Of a stretch of 64,000 nt of DNA, positions 1 to 12,434 are shown in pieces. Every line of letters starts with the position of its first letter. Position 1 is the stretch's first letter. Position numbers and translations under genes: made by a program. Source of the stretch: Antedon mediterranea (lineage: Eukaryota; Animalia; Echinodermata); contig NC_092676.1 of NCBI RefSeq assembly GCF_964355755.1, forward strand, positions 5,743,888 to 5,807,887, in the 5' to 3' direction. Below the pieces are notes generated by a model. It did not search any database. It was not told the origin of the DNA and saw only the letters and a list, made by a program, of their open reading frames with translations.

Positions 1-3000
1 AAAAATTATTGATAATCTTTAAAAAATGAATAATTTATTAATAATGGTTAAATAATGTTACTGCATAATATTCAGTATTATAAATTATTTTATTATTTAT
101 TTAAAAACAAATTAAACGAAGGAATTAATATGAGTCAAAATACTTACAGATGTGTCAGTGCTGTCAATCTATCAAATACATTGGCTGGCAATGTGCTTAT
201 TTGGTTACCGTACAAATACCTTCAAAGTAAACATATATACTTATACATTTTGAATTATTTTAATAGTCTTTCAGTCAATGATAGTGACATTATCTACATA
301 GTAAATGCTGATGAGTATTCTTTATTTAGGCAAAAAGTAACTGTTAAAATGATAATGTGTTATTCTCATTATCACAAATTCTATAGAAAATTCAAAATAT
401 TTATTATCATCTTAATGTATTGATCATTTTTATGTATTTAATTAAATCTCTTTAAATAATAATCAATGAACAATTATTGATAATCTTTAAAAAATGAATA
501 ATTTATTAATAAATACTGGTTAAATAATGTTACTGCATAATATTCAGTATTATAAATTATTTTATTATTTATTTAAAAACAAATTACACGAAGGAATTAA
601 TATGAGTCAAAATACTTACAGCTGTGTCAGTGCTGTCAATCTATCAAATACATTGGCTGGCAATGTGCTTATTTGGTTACTGTTCAACCTCCTTCAAAGT
701 AAAAACAATGTACAGTAACAATTACAATATTCAAGCTGTTTGATATGTCAACTTTTATTTTCGGTATACATTTTTTTTTAATTATTTGTATAGTCTTTCA
801 GTCAATGATAGGGACATTATCTACATAGTAAATGCTGATGAGTATTCTTTAATTAGGCAAAAATTAACTGTTAAAATAATAATGTGTTATTTATTATCAC
901 AAATTCTATAGTAAATTCTAAATATTTATTATCATCTTTATGTATTTATCATTTTTATGTATTTAATTAAATCTCTATAATGACCAATGAACAATTATCG
1001 ATAATCTTTTAAAAATGAAAAATGTATGAATAATGGCCTCTTCAAGTCAGCTGTATACTGCTCTAGTACTCTTATAGATACCATTGTAAAACAAATTTGA
1101 ATTAATAAATAAATTTATTTTTTATAGCAAATTCTAATTATTATTTGTTTTATTATTATCCTAATGTTTTATTATCATTTATCATTTATTATCTACATAA
1201 TAAATACTGATGGCCTGGGTATACTTTAATTAGGCTAAAATATATGTTTTATTTTGTTATTCTCATGAACATAATTTTTATAGGAAATCATACAAATTTG
1301 TTATCATCTTTATGTATTTAATAATATAATTATTTAATTTACCTAAATAATGACCAATAAACAATTATTAATATCTTTAAACAATGAATAATGTAATGAA
1401 AATTGTTAATACTGTATGTGATTTTTTTTTAAATACTGTGTTTGTTGATCAAATTATGAATGATAAACTGCATTATATTCATTGTTATGAATTATTTCAT
1501 TTGTTTTCTTTTTAAGTAAATTAAAACAAATAAATTAATTTTAGAAAAATACTTACAGTTTTGTCAGTGCTGTCAATCTATCAAATACATTGGCTGGCAA
1601 TGTACTTATTTGGTTACTGTTCAACCTCCTTCAAAGTAAAAACAATGTACAGTAACAATTACAATATTCAAGGTGTTTGAAATGTCAACTTTTATTTTCA
1701 ATATACATTTTTGAATTATTTCTATAGTCTTTCAGTCAATGATAGGGACATTATCTACATAGTAAATGCTGATGAGTATTCTTTAATTAGGCAAAAATTA
1801 ACTGTTAAAATGATAATGTGTTATTCTCATTATCACAAATTCTATAGAAAATTCTAAATATTTATTATCATCTTAATGTATTTATCATTTTTATGTATTT
1901 AATTAAATCTCTTTAAATAATGATCAATGAACAATTATTGATAATCTTTAAAAAATGAATAATTTATTAATACTGGTTAAATAATGTTACTGCATAATAT
2001 TTAGTATTATAAATTATTTTATTATTTATTTAAAAACAAATTAAACGAAGGAATTAATATGAGTCAAAATACTTACAGCTGTGTCAGTGCTGTCAATCTA
2101 TCAAATACATTGGCTGGCAATGTGCTTATTTGGTTACTGTTCAACCTCCTTCAAAGTAAAAACAATGTACAGTAACAATTACAATATTCAAGCTGTTTGA
2201 TATGTCAGCTTTTATTTTCGGTATACATTTTTTTAAAATTATTTTGTATAGTCTTTCAGTCAATGATAGGGACATTATCTACATAGTAAATGCTGATGAG
2301 TATTCTTTAATTAGGCAAAAATTAACTGTTAAAATAATAATGTGTTATTTATTATCACAAATTCTATAGTAAATTCTAAATATTTATTATCATCTTTATG
2401 TATTTATCATTTTTATGTATTTAATTAAATCTCTATAATGACCAATGAACAATTATCGATAATCTTTTAAAAATGAAAAATGTATGAATAATGGCCTCTT
2501 CAAGTCAGCTGTATACTGCTCTAGTACTCTTATAGATACCATTGTAAAACAAATTTGAATTAATAAATAAATTTATTTTTTATAGCAAATTCTAATTATT
2601 ATTTGTTTTATTATTATCCTAATGTTTTATTATCATTTATCATTTATTATCTACATAATAAATACTGATGGCCTGGGTATACTTTAATTAGGCTAAAATA
2701 TATGTTTTATTTTGTTATTCTCATGAACATAATTTTTATAGGAAATCATACAAATTTGTTATCATCTTTATGTATTTAATAATATAATTATTTAATTTAC
2801 CTAAATAATGACCAATAAACAATTATTAATATCTTTAAACAATGAATAATGTAATGAAAATTGTTAATACTGTATGTGATTTTTTTTTAAATACTGTGTT
2901 TGTTGATCAAATTATGAATGATAAACTGCATTATATTCATTGTTATGAATTATTTCATTTGTTTTCTTTTTAAGTAAATTAAAACAAATAAATTAATTTT

Positions 3001-6000
3001 AGAAAAATACTTACAGTTTTGTCAGTGCTGTCAATCTATCAAATACATTGACTGGCAATGTACTTATTTGGTTTCTGCCCAAATCCCTTCAAAGTAAAAA
3101 CAATGTACAGTAACAATTACAATATTCAAGTTGTTTGATATGTCAACTTTTATTTTCGGTATACATTTTTTTTTAATTATTTGTATAGTCTTTCAGTCAA
3201 TGATAGGGACATTATCTACATAGTAAATGCTGATGAGTATTCTTTAATTAGGCAAAAATTAACTGTTAAAATAATAATGTGTTATTTATTATCACAAATT
3301 CTATAGTAAATTCTAAATATTTATTATCATCTTTATGTATTTATCATTTTTATGTATTTAATTAAATCTCTATAATGACCAATGAACAATTATCGATAAT
3401 CTTTTAAAAATGAAAAATGTATGAATAATGGCCTCTTCAAGTCAGCTGTATACTGCTCTAGTACTCTTATAGATACCATTGTAAAACAAATTTGAATTAA
3501 TAAATAAATTTATTTTTTATAGCAAATTCTAATTATTATTTGTTTTATTATTATCCTAATGTTTTATTATCATTTATCATTTATTATCTACATAATAAAT
3601 ACTGATGGCCTGGGTATACTTTAATTAGGCTAAAATATATGTTTTATTTTGTTATTCTCATGAACATAATTTTTATAGGAAATCATACAAATTTGTTATC
3701 ATCTTTATGTATTTAATAATATAATTATTTAATTTACCTAAATAATGACCAATAAACAATTATTAATATCTTTAAACAATGAATAATGTAATGAAAATTG
3801 TTAATACTGTATGTGATTTTTTTTTAAATACTGTGTTTGTTGATCAAATTATGAATGATAAACTGCATTATATTCATTGTTATGAATTATTTCATTTGTT
3901 TTCTTTTTAAGTAAATTAAAACAAATAAATTAATTTTAGAAAAATACTTACAGTTTTGTCAGTGCTGTCAATCTATCAAATACATTGGCTGGCAATGTAC
4001 TTATTTGGTTACTGTGCAAATACCTTCAAAGTAAAAACAATGTACAGTAACAATTACAATATTCAAGGTGTTTGAAATGTCAACTTTTATTTTCAATATA
4101 CATTTTTGAATTATTTCTATAGTCTTTCAGTCAATGATAGGGACATTATCTACATAGTAAATGCTGATGAGTATTCTTTAATTAGGCAAAAATTAACTGT
4201 TAAAATGATAATGTGTTATTCTCATTATCACAAATTCTATAGAAAATTCTAAATATTTATTATCATCTTAATGTATTTATCATTTTTATGTATTTAATTA
4301 AATCTCTTTAAATAATGATCAATGAACAATTATTGATAATCTTTAAAAAATGAATAATTTATTAATACTGGTTAAATAATGTTACTGCATAATATTTAGT
4401 ATTATAAATTATTTTATTATTTATTTAAAAACAAATTAAACGAAGGAATTAATATGAGTCAAAATACTTACAGCTGTGTCAGTGCTGTCAATCTATCAAA
4501 TACATTGGCTGGCAATGTGCTTATTTGGTTATAGTCCAACCACCTTCAAAGTAAAAACAATGTACAGTAACAATTACAATATTCAAGTTGTTTGATATGT
4601 CAACTTTTATTTTTCTTATACATTTTGAATTATTTTTTATAGTCTTTCAGTCAATGATAGGGACATTATCTACATAGTAAATGCTGATGAGTATTCTTTA
4701 ATTAGGCAAAAATTAACTGTTAAAATAATAATGTGTTATTTATTATCACAAATTCTATAGTAAATTCTAAATATTTATTATCATCTTAATGTATTTATCA
4801 TTTTTATGTATTTAATTAAATCTCTATAATGACCAATGAACAATTATCGATAATCTTTTAAAACTGAAAAATGTATGAATAATGGCCTCTTCAAGTCAGC
4901 TGTATACTGCTCTAGTACTCTTATAGATACCATTGTAAAACAAATTTGAATTAATAAATAAATTTATTTTTTATAGAAAATTCTAATTATTATTTGTTTT
5001 ATTATTATCCTAATGTTTTATTATCATTTATCATTTATTATCTACATAATAAATACTGATGGCCTGGGTATACTTTATTTAGGCTAAAATATATGTTTAT
5101 ATTTTGTTATTCTCATGAACATAATTTTTATAGGAAATCATACAAATTTGTTATCATCTTTATGTATTTAATAATATAATTATTTAATTTACCTAAATAA
5201 TGACCAATAAACAATTATTAATATCTTTAAACAATTAATAATGTAATGAAAATTGTTAATACTGTATGTGATTTTTTTTTAAATACTGTGTTTGTTGATC
5301 AAATTATGAATGATAAACTGCATAATATTCATTATTATGAATTATTTCATTTGTTTTCTTTTTAAGTAAATTAAAACAAATAAATTAATTTTAGAAAAAT
5401 ACTTACAGTGTTGTCAGTGCTGTCAATCTATCAAATACATTGGCTGGCAATGTACGTATTTTGTTAATGTACAAATACCTTCAAAGTAAAAGAAAGATAC
5501 AGTAACAATTACAATATTCAAGCTGTTTGAAATGTCAACTTTTATTTTCAATATACATTTTTGAATTATTTGTATAGTCTTTCAGTCAATGGTAGGGACA
5601 TTATCTACATAGTAAATGCTGATGAGTATTCTTTAATTAGGCAAAAATTAACTGTTAAAATAATAATGTGTTATTCTCATTATCACAAATTCTATAGCAA
5701 ATTCTATTTATTATCATCTTTATGTATTAATCATTTTTATGTATTTAATTAAATCTCTATAATGACCAATGAACAATTATCGATAATCTTTTAAAAATGA
5801 AAAATGTATGAATAATGGCCTCTTCAAGTCAGCTGTATACTGCTCTAGTACTCTTATTGATACCCTTGTAAAACAAATTTGAATTAATAAATAAATTTAT
5901 TTTTTATAGCAAATTCTAATTATTATTTGTTTTATTATTATCCTAATGTTTTATTATCATTTATCATTTATTATCTACATAATAAATACTGATGGCCTGG

Positions 6001-6830
6001 GTATACTTTAATTAGGCTAAAATATATGTTTTATTTTGTTATTCTCATGAACATAATTTTTATAGGAAATCATACAAATTTGTTATCATCTTTATGTATT
6101 TAATAATATAATTATTTAATTTACCTAAATAATGACCAATAAACAATTATTAATATCTTTAAACAATGAATAATGTAATGAAAATTGTTAATACTGTATG
6201 TGATTTTTTTTTAAATACTGTGTTTGTTGATCAAATTATAAATGATAAACTGCATTATATTCATTGTTATGAATTATTTCATTTGTTTTCTTTTTAAGTA
6301 AATTAAAACAAATAAATTAATTTTAGAAAAATACTTACAGGCGTGTCAATGCTGTCAATTTATTAAATACATTGGCTGGCAATGTACTTATTTGGTTCCC
6401 GCTCAAACTCCTTCAAAGTAAAAACAATGTACAGTAACAATTACAATATTCAAGTTGTTTGATATGTCAACTTTTATTTTCGGTATACATTTTTTTTGAA
6501 TTATTTCTATAGTCTTTCAGTCAATGATAGGGACATTATCTACATAGTAAATGCTGATGAGTATTCTTTAATTAGGCAAAAAGTAACTGTTAAAAAAGGA
6601 ATAATTTATTAATAATGGTTAAATAATGTTACTGCATAATATTCAGTATTATAAATTATTTTCTTATTTATTTAAAAACAAATTAAACGAAGGAATTAAT
6701 ATGAGTCAAAATACTTACAGTACTGTCAGTGCTGTCAATCTATCAAATACATTGGCTGGCAATGTACGTATTTGGTTCCAGCCCAAATCCCTTCAATGTA
6801 AAAGAAAGGTACATTAACAATTACAATATT
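1..6830 (-). repeat. Tandem intron+LRR-exon array of paralog A (units ~520 and ~937 bp)
   Basis: Near-identical units, each containing plus-strand atacttac-ag...gtcagtgctgtcaatctatcaaatacattggctggcaatgt...-cttcaaagt (donor, exon, acceptor on the minus strand). Variable motifs in transcript order: DLGW, SLSG, YLYI, WLDY, YLHS, DLGR, RLNS, RLNS, RLNS, YLYG. Confidence 0.93.
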
Positions 6831-7881
6831 TGATATTCTATTCATACAGGTATAGGCCTACAGTGATTGTGCTTGGGGTATATAAAGTGACCCCACAAAA
6901 TGAAATTATTTCTGATAACTCTAAGTACTAAATTTCAAATTGTCATTAGGTCATTATTACATATTTTAAAATATATATTATATATATTTTTAAATTCCAC
7001 GTTTTATAATAAACTTACAATGAAATGTTTGCACTGACTGACTTACAATTCTGTTACTGGAATATGATCATTATACTCGTTGATGGTTGCGATGTTATTA
7101 ATACTCCATGGAGGACGACATTCCACTCTGTGACCGTAAGTAGACCTCTTAGGCGCACCACATTCACAGTCGGCTGGACATTCTGCATTTGTTAAAAACA
7201 AGACAACTCGGAGATACGTCAAGAAAGGAAAAGTGAAAACTATCTTTTTCAATATATATGTAATGTTACAAATGCAATCAAATCAAATAAAATGTCTAGC
7301 TGTGACCGCTCAATTAAATATAATTCGAATCAGATAAAAAAATTAATTCATAATCATGTAAAAATAAATACTGTATAGTACAGTATATAAACAAAAGTTG
7401 AACATTAACATTTAAATCAGATTGTCTTCGAAGTTTAATAACAGTACTGTTGTTATAAACCAACAAAACAGTATAGTTTGTATGAGGCATACTGTTCAAA
7501 GACAGGGCTACATCTATTATTAAATACAGTATCAAATACCAAACAGCTAATTAATTATTATATTAAACAATTAATAAATTAAAAAAATGAAGCAATCATA
7601 CCGGGAAGGGTATTAGGATTCCAGGCGATAGTAGTAGGATCATAGTCAAAGTTGATGACGTGATTGGTAACGTTAACGTAAGTGGAGCTTCCCCTGTCAC
7701 TGTCAACACCACTGGAAAGGGTGCCACTGCCACTGCTACCACCACTGCCACTGTCACTGCCACTACCACTACCACTATCACTTTCACTGCCACCATCGCT
7801 GTCACTAAAACAGCGATAACAAGGTAATACAACCAATACAACAATACAATACAGTAGTATGTTTCCTTTTAAGATAAACAT
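148..7881 (-). CDS. LRR-GPCR paralog A, 5' part (signal peptide, LRRNT, >=10 VLR-like LRR exons); 3' end lies left of the window
   Basis: Exons, all GT-AG: 7602-7881, 7047-7182, then 72-nt exons 6719-6790, 6339-6410, 5407-5478, 4472-4543, 3952-4023, 3015-3086, 2077-2148, 1557-1628, 620-691, 148-219. Phases 1, 2, 2... join into one open frame. Same layout as complete paralog C. Confidence 0.88.
7047..7182 (-). CDS. Paralog A exon 2: cysteine-rich LRR N-terminal cap (LRRNT)
   Basis: Acceptor TGCAG|, ECPADCECGAPKRSTYGHRVEC...IPVTEL, donor TT|GTAAGT. 136 nt, phase 1->2. CPxxCxC...VxC is the LRRNT pattern. Confidence 0.88.
7602..7881 (-). CDS. Paralog A exon 1: signal peptide plus Ser/Gly/Asp-rich linker
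   Basis: MFILKGNILLYCIVVLVVLPCYRC-FSDSDGGSESDSGSGSGSDSGSGGSSGSG...AWNPNTLP. Donor G|GTATGA at 7601, phase 1. Homologous to 47488-47689 and 28168-28382. Confidence 0.85.
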
Positions 7882-8640
7882 CTTCTTAACTTAATTCACT
7901 CGTAATCAATTAATAAACTTTACTTCTGCGAGTCCGCTCAGTATATGAACAATATACTTTGTTACTATCTTTATTTACCTGTATTTATTAAACTTTTTTT
8001 AAAATATTAAACATTTAGATACCGTCACCGGATGCATTAATAAAATTATGAGTTGTTAATATTTTATAATATCTTTTTATCCATGTGTGCACAAGATTTT
8101 TAAAACACATGGACCCAGCATTGTTGAAAAGTGCTAAGTTTGATTAAAGAGATTACATTTTGTAGGTATAATCTAGACTGGGTGCTAAGCGAATAACAAA
8201 CAAATGGGAGAAGGTGGTATCTGAAAAGTTGGAAAACATTAAAAATAAACACAATTATTAATACTATAATTTTCTATATTCCTAATACTGTATAGAGGTC
8301 GTTATATTATTGCACATTTTGATTCATATCTAGATAAAACAAGCTTATGACGATTATTTTCATGTTTTTCTTTTAATTAAAGTAAACATTATTTTGTTTC
8401 AGTTTTAGGTAAAATAGGGAAGTAGTTAAAAGTAAACAATACTGATTGGTAAGCAGGAGCTGAAATTAACAGAAAAAAAATTACAGGTGTAAATCAGTGT
8501 AAGAAATAAAGTTGACGCAGGTATATCAATCACATGTGTATTTCTAATATAGATGTACAGTAGGTGTTATTATGAATTACGCATATAACATAGTGAATTT
8601 GATGAAGTATTGATCGTTGTAAACAAAGTTAAAAATATGC

Positions 8641-8710
8641 AAGTGGAACGCCATTGCCACGTCAGCCAATCAACGACTGACAACGGTAAATGAAGATTCA
8701 GCCAATAAAA
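8641..8710. promoter_or_regulatory. Conserved upstream module of paralog A: TGCCACGTCA (bZIP CREB3/ATF6/XBP1-type) plus two CCAAT boxes
   Basis: ttgccacgtcagccaatc...gattcagccaat. The same block occurs upstream of B (30511-30575) and C (49315-49380). Confidence 0.5.
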
Positions 8711-9275
8711 TTTAAGCAGAAACATGTTAATTTTTTAGTGAAATGTGTTATGGTCATTATCAAAGCCATTTTGCTATGTGCATAATTGATAACAATGCAC
8801 TAACATTATTTTCATATGTCACAGCTTTAAATCGATATATTGAATTCAAATTGTTCGTCTTTTCGATGCTACAGATTTGAGATTTTGTTTTGAAAATTCC
8901 CAGATTTGTGTACTATTAGTTAGTTTAAATTGTAAATATCTTTTCAACTACATTATTTTCTTTATATTTCTTACGAGCTTTCCTATGTTAATCTTTTATA
9001 GGTGATGATATTCCGATCCTGTTGGAAATAAGTCCTTGTGTACTTTGATATCTTGGCTTAACCACCCCCTCCCCCGGATATACGCTGTGTTGACGTTTAC
9101 AAGAAAAATGATAACTTTACTGTTATGTTCATAACTCTTTACGCCTTTCTTGTTTTGTTTTTCAATTCCTGGCTGCTTGATACTCTTAAAAAATTAATTT
9201 TCTGCTATACGTTTATACATTTATAGCTTGTCTCCCTCTAATTAAAGACCGATATACGCGATTTAATAAGTACTA

Positions 9276-9614
9276 TTAAAGATGTAATTGTCCCCCTATA
9301 TTTTTTTCAAAATGTTTGGTTGAATATGCCATCTTAATTTCACATAATAGTTATCCATTTTTACCAAAAATTGGATCGAAAAAAAAAATTATTTATCCGA
9401 AAAAACTGTAATTTAAAGCAAAAATAGTCAGCCAATGGATTTTTGGTTGTATAGGCTATAACCATTTTTTTGTCATTTCATAAGTGAAAACATTGTTTTT
9501 TCCTCTTTTTTTTTTTCTACTGAAGTGATTAACTTTATTAAAACTACAAAATAATTAAAAGTCTTATTTAAGTAATCTTCATTTTTCATGTTTTTGAGGA
9601 CAATACATATTTAA
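9276..9614. mobile_element. Non-autonomous DNA transposon (MITE) with TTAA ends
   Basis: Terminal inverted repeats ttaaagatgtaattgtcc ... ggacaatacatatttaa. Paralogous copy at ~32250-32587 and a related element at ~29615-30163. Confidence 0.6.
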
Positions 9615-10400
9615 TAGTAAAGGATTATTTAAACTCTGTTTTATGTTTGTACCGTATAACCTCATAATATGTAATAGTTTATTTCATCTGTTTTGTTTTA
9701 CTATCAAATGTTATTTCGTTCGGACCCCATAATTGATGCATGGCTTACACAGTTCTCATTATATAACTTCCAAATTTATCCAAAGATTGTTTTATCTTTG
9801 TTTAAAGTTTGTTTTGTTGACGTTTTATATATTATTATAATTTTAATAAGGAGTTTTTTTTATATAAGGAGTTATAGTTAACTCCTTGTTACTGTCCTGT
9901 TTCTTATTGTATATTATCATCCTTTCCTTCTCCTACGTTTTTGTGTCTCAAGTATCTCTAAAACGTGTACACATAACATTTCATAATTTTGTCAACATTT
10001 GAACATTTACATTTTGTATATTGTATATCTTATATTGATGATATGCAGCAGAAACTTCCAATAGTTAGGCTAATGTTGCCCATTAAGTTGTAAGGTTGAT
10101 CGTGAAAATCAAAACGATAATGAATATTATCACTAGCGTTCTGATTTTTACCAGCTTATAGCAACCCATTCAGGAATGATAACGACATATATATGTACGG
10201 CGACTGTAGAATAGACCCGAGATATGCCATACTTCGGTTTTTAGACGATAGAAGATTGGAATATTTTGTATAATAAAGAGTGATACAATGCGTTCTGTTC
10301 GTTTTACTTTTACTAATTTTGCAAATTGCAGTATTTACAATTATTATAAATATTGCCTGCCACGTTTTACATATTCAATATTGATCTTGACCTACCCACC

Positions 10401-10573
10401 AAAGTTATCGATCACTCTGCTAATAATATCATGAAACAAACTAAAGTTATCGATCACTCTGCTAATAATATCATGAAACAAACTAAAGTTATCGATCACT
10501 CTGCTAATAATATCATGAAACAAACTAAAGTTATCGATCACTCTGCTAATAATATCATGAAACAAACTAAAGT
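10401..10573. repeat. 42-bp tandem repeat x4
   Basis: aaagttatcgatcactctgctaataatatcatgaaacaaact x4. Only a single copy at the paralogous site ~33376-33420. Confidence 0.92.
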
Positions 10574-10711
10574 CACATTCACACTAATGTTTTATTTTAC
10601 GGAAGGGAAGACGACGTAGTTATTTTTTACCAAAACGGTATCGTCTTCCGTTCCGTGAAGTGGAATTTTAAATTTTGAATGGGAGTATTAAATGTAAGCA
10701 GTATCCAGATA

Positions 10712-11038
10712 AATATAAAACTTGTTATTCTATAACTATAAGAATAACCATATATGCTTCCTTTGATGAAAATTATATTTTCACACGTCCAATCAAATGA
10801 CGTCATGATGAGTAAGGACAATAATATCGTGACAATACAACGATGTTATTGTTTTTATTTATCATGACGTCATTTGATTGGAATTTTAAAAATATCATTT
10901 TTATCAAAGACAGCACAAATGATTATCCTATACTAGTTCTAGAACGAAAACCTTTCTAATTTCTTTTGATTTATGTAAAAACAATCCATGCTTATATATT
11001 TATCGTCGATCGTTTCGTCATGGTGTAAATGAGCCTTT
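10712..11038. mobile_element. Palindromic MITE (PIF/Harbinger-like family), partial copy
   Basis: Internal inverted repeat ccaatcaaatgacgtcatga...tcatgacgtcatttgattgg. End atcgtcgatcg...gtgtaaatgagcctta. Absent at the paralogous site ~33520. Related copies at 53528-53721 and 63663-64000. Confidence 0.6.
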
Positions 11039-12434
11039 ACCAGGATAAATAACTAAGCTTGAACGGGTCCTATGATTTAAGTGAATATACGAACTTTTGT
11101 AAAAGGTACTTCAAGCTGTACCTTAAAGAAACCGAAGACAGAAAACATCTTAATATACCGTGTGGAGAAATATAGCTGTGTGTGTCCTTTGGCGAAGCAA
11201 CCTCACGATAAAGAAATATTATATATATATTTTTTTTTTAGCGAACTGTGTTGTGATGTTTTGTTTGAATACTCAAATTATAACACATTATCCTCTACTT
11301 TATATCTATGCTGCTTTTAATAGTAATAAAAGTATTAATGACAATCAAATGAAAACATAATATAAGAAATGGAATAACAGTATAATACTGTATATCGGAA
11401 GTTTGATTAAATACTCCTTAAGTTGTTCGCATTTAAGTTTGATACTCCTTAAGTTACTTTTAAAATTCCTTAATCTTACAAAAGTAGTACGTCAAAACAT
11501 TACCAAACAAAATGAATCAATTCCTTCTTCTTTAAATCTACTAAATCGTCAAATAATTAATAATATTCAAAAATTGTCGAATTGTTTAAATCTACCTAAA
11601 TCTTCACACATTATTTTACGTAACGGAAAATTTCAGTAAATCGAAGCATTAACTTCTTAAGTCTTTACTCAATGTTGTAGACAATTGGTACATTACATAC
11701 TTCAGAACCAATTTTTACTAATTTAAAACAACTTTGTAAACAAGTATTCGTTTTTGTGCACAAATTTTCAAACAAATAAAGATTCACAAATCCACTTATA
11801 ATGTATATAAAATACAATTAAACTTCAATCGATGAAATTCAACACATTGTGATCAGATATTCAAAATAATTAATCATTATTAAGAATGTATGTTTTTAGT
11901 TTAAATTTAATTCACGTTTTATGACATTGTTCTTTTCATACCTATCTAACATACAATCATCACCATATCTGGTTAATTTTAAATTGTCTTAGTACAGTAT
12001 AAGTAAAGTGTTAAATAAAATTGACTGAGAAACAATGAAATAAAATTTGATACTTCCATAATATTATTTACTTGTCATATGCGTATTTAAACGTTAAGCA
12101 AATAAATAACGTTTTTACAGATGTCAAACAACTTGATAGGTTAACTCGAGAAATTAAAAGACATTAAATAATTTATCAGGTGTATTGTTATAAACCAGTG
12201 AACGTATATAGAACTGATACAATCCTAAGATATAAACAAACAGTATTTGACAATTTCAACTTAACGTTCTGTATAATATTTGAAATAGATTACAATAAAT
12301 TTAAACCATTGTTGTAAAATATAAAATACATTTAAATCCCAAAGCGGGTGCTAAAGATTACATGAATACGATAAATGAACATTTAATAGGCAAAAACAAG
12401 ACCAAGTGTAGAGTTTGCACAATAAACAATTAAA

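Noticed and set aside
1-6830. CRISPR-like array or DGR (conserved repeats with short variable segments, RT nearby)
   Set aside because: Units are 0.5-0.9 kb eukaryotic intron+exon repeats with no cas genes. The RT is a truncated LINE with a (TAAA)n tail, and the variation is not adenine-specific.
7596-7844. Val-rich hydrophobic ORF (also 28162-28347) as a membrane protein or alternative exon 1 frame
   Set aside because: It is an off-frame reading of the Ser-Gly repeat. It has no ATG at its start and its phase is incompatible with downstream exons.
10353-10619. Repeat protein (TKVIDHSANNIMKQ)x4
   Set aside because: By-product of a 42-bp tandem duplication that is single-copy in the paralogous region. 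No splice or start support.
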